Shown here piece after piece: positions 61,701 to 64,000 of a stretch of DNA of 64,000 bases (positions are counted from its first letter, which is position 1; every line of letters begins with the position of its first letter). Below the pieces are notes generated by a model. That model searched no databases. It saw nothing but the letters and a program-made list of their open reading frames with translations, and was not told the DNA's origin. Origin of the DNA: Thalia democratica (Eukaryota); the NCBI GenBank assembly GCA_965202585.1, contig OZ241834.1:20770001-20834000 (forward strand). The letters run 5' to 3'. The translations under genes and the position numbers were made by a program.

Positions 61701-62532
61701 TTTATAGATTTCAGAAATTTTTCCTACGTCTTTTGATATAACTACTTCAAAATTTCAGAAAGTGTTTGTTGATATAATTATAGAATTCTGTCAAAAAAGT
61801 TTTTCAAAAAATTAAAAAATAAAATTATTATATAAAAAATAAACAAAAAAACATACTGTTATGACAGAATTTTCTAAATATTGCAAGGAACATTTCCTGA
61901 AAATTAGAGGTAGTTATCTCAAAAAACGTAGGAGAAGATAGATTTTTAGTGATTTCTAGTTATTTGCTGTTCTAGTGGAGTTTCCCATAAAGAACCTATT
62001 GTTGCCTCTGACTTTGACCAGCTTTAACTCGAAAACTATTAAAAAATTTTTTCAAACTGTAAAAAGCATCTTGTAGCTTAGTAAAAACTATATAAAATAA
62101 GATCAAATTGTGAAAAAAGTATTTCACCACCCCTATGCCCTTAGTTAATAAACATTTTCTTAAAAACATTAACAACATTCAAAATTGGTTAAGACAAAAA
62201 GTTTAAATTATTTTTTTTAGTGTAAATACTTTTTAAATGTTTTACTTAAAAAACAAAAAGTTATGTACAAATATTTACAACTGACGATAATTTTTTAACA
62301 ACATCAAAATATCATGTAAATAGAAATTTAAAATATCACAAGTAAGTGTAAACGCTATATACTTACCATTTGGTCCGAGTGAAGTTCTAACAGTGTTTGC
62401 AACAGCTTTTGCTGCAAGAATGTGAGACTTGATGGCATCAGTTCCACTAAGTCTGGATTTCTCACCTTGATCGCGCACTACAATAAACGGCCTTCCATAT
62501 TCATCCAAACACACTTGACCAACAGATGTCAT
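52781..62532 (-). CDS. CCT5: T-complex protein 1 subunit epsilon, 10 exons (62532-62367, 61205-61041, 59734-59536, 57674-57482, 57028-56879, 56056-55937, 55269-55084, 54261-54124, 53579-53399, 52905-52781), 540 aa
   Basis: Exons sum to 1623 nt with consistent phases; epsilon-specific motifs [69 protein letters not shown]. Confidence 0.97.
58126..58549. mobile_element. MITE with ~60 bp TIRs in CCT5 intron 3
   Basis: CGGTTACATGACAATTCAAATTCGGACAACTCAAATTCCGACAATT ... AATTGTCGGAATTTGAGTTGTCCGAATTTGAATAGTCGTGCACCC, poly-A on both flanks (possible TSD). Confidence 0.8.
58603..58694. repeat. Perfect 37-bp inverted repeat with 18-nt spacer in CCT5 intron 3
   Basis: 58603-58639 is the exact reverse complement of 58658-58694. 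Confidence 0.9.
61621..62143. mobile_element. MITE with ~100 bp imperfect TIRs (AAAGGGCATAG termini, Kolobok-like) in CCT5 intron 1
   Basis: AAAGGGCATAGAGGGGGT...GATCTTATTTTATATAG vs CTATATAAAATAAGATC...CCCCTATGCCCTTA. Superfamily is inference. Confidence 0.72.
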
Positions 62533-63459
62533 ATTTTAAGTTTATATTCTACTGAAATATTCTGTTTAAGTATATAGCTAAGCTTCATTTACATTTGGTT
62601 TTAGATACACTTTATAAAGATATCTATATTCTATACAATTTGAAAAACATATGAAAATCTATTCAAAATGTATATAAATATTACTGTCATTTCAATGTCT
62701 TTCTAAAAGAATAGAAAGTAAATACCATAAATAAGTAACTTAAACAATAAAATTTAAAAAAATACTGATTATTAATTTACCATATCAAACTTATCATTTC
62801 ATTTTAGTATTGAAAATATTTTTCTTAGTTTTTTTAACAATGTACTTCTATAAAAAAAAATACACCATTTAAAAACAAACTATATTACACAACTATGAAA
62901 AGCACTAAATTTTTCCACTTGTTTAATTGGTTTTAATTTAATTATTTAAATAAAAAAGTTTATTATTTATATGTGTATTAGTAAAACTTAATTGAGGGTT
63001 GCCAAAAGTTTTTAGAAAATTTTTTCTTGGTTTTCTAAAACTAAAACAGAGAAAGTACAGTTTTTATAGAACATAAAATTAAACTCAGGTTTTGAGATAA
63101 AGACGTTTTAGTAAAAAATTTCCGATAGAAACGTATTGACCTAAAAATGTTTAGTGTCAATTTTTTGAAAAATTCAAAAACCACTAAAAATCTATCTTTT
63201 CTTTAATTTTAAGCTAGAGATCTAAAATGTTTATGAAAAATTTCATTTATAGTTTAAAACACTTAGAATATTAATAAACTAAAAATAAAAGTTTATGATT
63301 AAAAAAGACTTTTTTTATTTTCAAAATCAAAAAATCATTTGTTCAATCAACTTAAACATTAGTTTTAAACTTACTAAGAAAACTTGAAGATTGGCTAAAA
63401 AATGAAGGAGAAAATATATTTTTAGTGAAATAGTCTTTTATGTTTAGGTTTTTGCCTTC

Positions 63460-63614
63460 TATAAGGAACCTCTTGAGGTCACCAACTTTGGTTGCTTATG
63501 TCTTTTAAGTTACTTAGAACTTTGTTAAGAGATTTAAAATGTCTGATAGCTTAGATTAAATTCTACAAAATAAGATCAACTTGTAAAAATTAAGATAGAC
63601 CTCCCTATGCCCTT
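63460..63614. mobile_element. Right-end fragment of the same MITE family
   Basis: AAAATAAGATCAA...CCTATGCCCTTAA, similar to 62090-62143. Confidence 0.55.
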
Positions 63615-64000
63615 AACAAAAGATACTTTACTTTTCATAAAAAAAATTCTGACCATAAAATTATTTTCTTACTTGTTACTTGTATGTACACAGAATATTC
63701 TTAATGTTGTAAAGATTTCTTTTAATCTGAGGTCTATTGCGCGAGAAAATAGATATATTGTTAATGATTTTGTCACCTATGGTGTAAGGGACCCAACAAC
63801 AACTTTAAAAACTCTTCAACATAAATGTTTAAAGATCAAAACCAGGTGGTCTACACATATACAAAAAATTATTAATTTTCAGAGATATTCAAGGATAGAA
63901 AAATTGCAGTCCTTAGGTTTGTTTTGGAAACATTTTAGAAAGATGACTAATATCATATATGAAATGAAATTTTTATACTCTATAAAAGCTGATTGAAAGT

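Noticed and set aside
63607-63996. 129-aa plus-strand ORF
   Set aside because: Starts inside a MITE terminus, AT-rich, no recognisable motif.

Overview
Very AT-rich eukaryotic (most likely invertebrate metazoan) genomic DNA with GT-AG spliceosomal introns, so the six-frame ORF track misses or fragments most genes; I rebuilt exon chains by hand from splice sites, phase and protein motifs. Left to right: U3 snoRNA gene (2.6 kb); divergent calmodulin-like gene (4.6-7.1 kb); decayed Penelope-like element (PLE) with a minimal hammerhead motif (9-10 kb); type II membrane C-type lectin-like gene (10.9-12.7 kb); a ~6.7 kb inverted duplication holding two divergently oriented secreted FN2-like + C-type lectin genes, one with a nonsense codon (16.5-23.2 kb); two atlastin/GBP-family GTPase paralogs lacking atlastin TM hairpins, one with a predicted 172-aa spliced N-terminal extension, the other frameshifted and ending in a CaaX box (25-33.7 kb); a ~7.9 kb, apparently very recent head-to-head concatemeric PLE insertion (RT + GIY-YIG, 2725-bp unit, 16-bp TSD, four candidate variant hammerheads; 36.5-44.5 kb); a second U3 gene (47.9 kb); a composite MITE (50.4-52.1 kb); a complete 10-exon CCT5 gene (52.8-62.5 kb); several MITEs. 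Main points of interest: the double-primed PLE palindrome, the chimeric GTPase pair, exon-biased homogenisation in the lectin palindrome, and frequent T at +3 of 5' splice sites. All alignments and counts were done by eye; no database searches were run.
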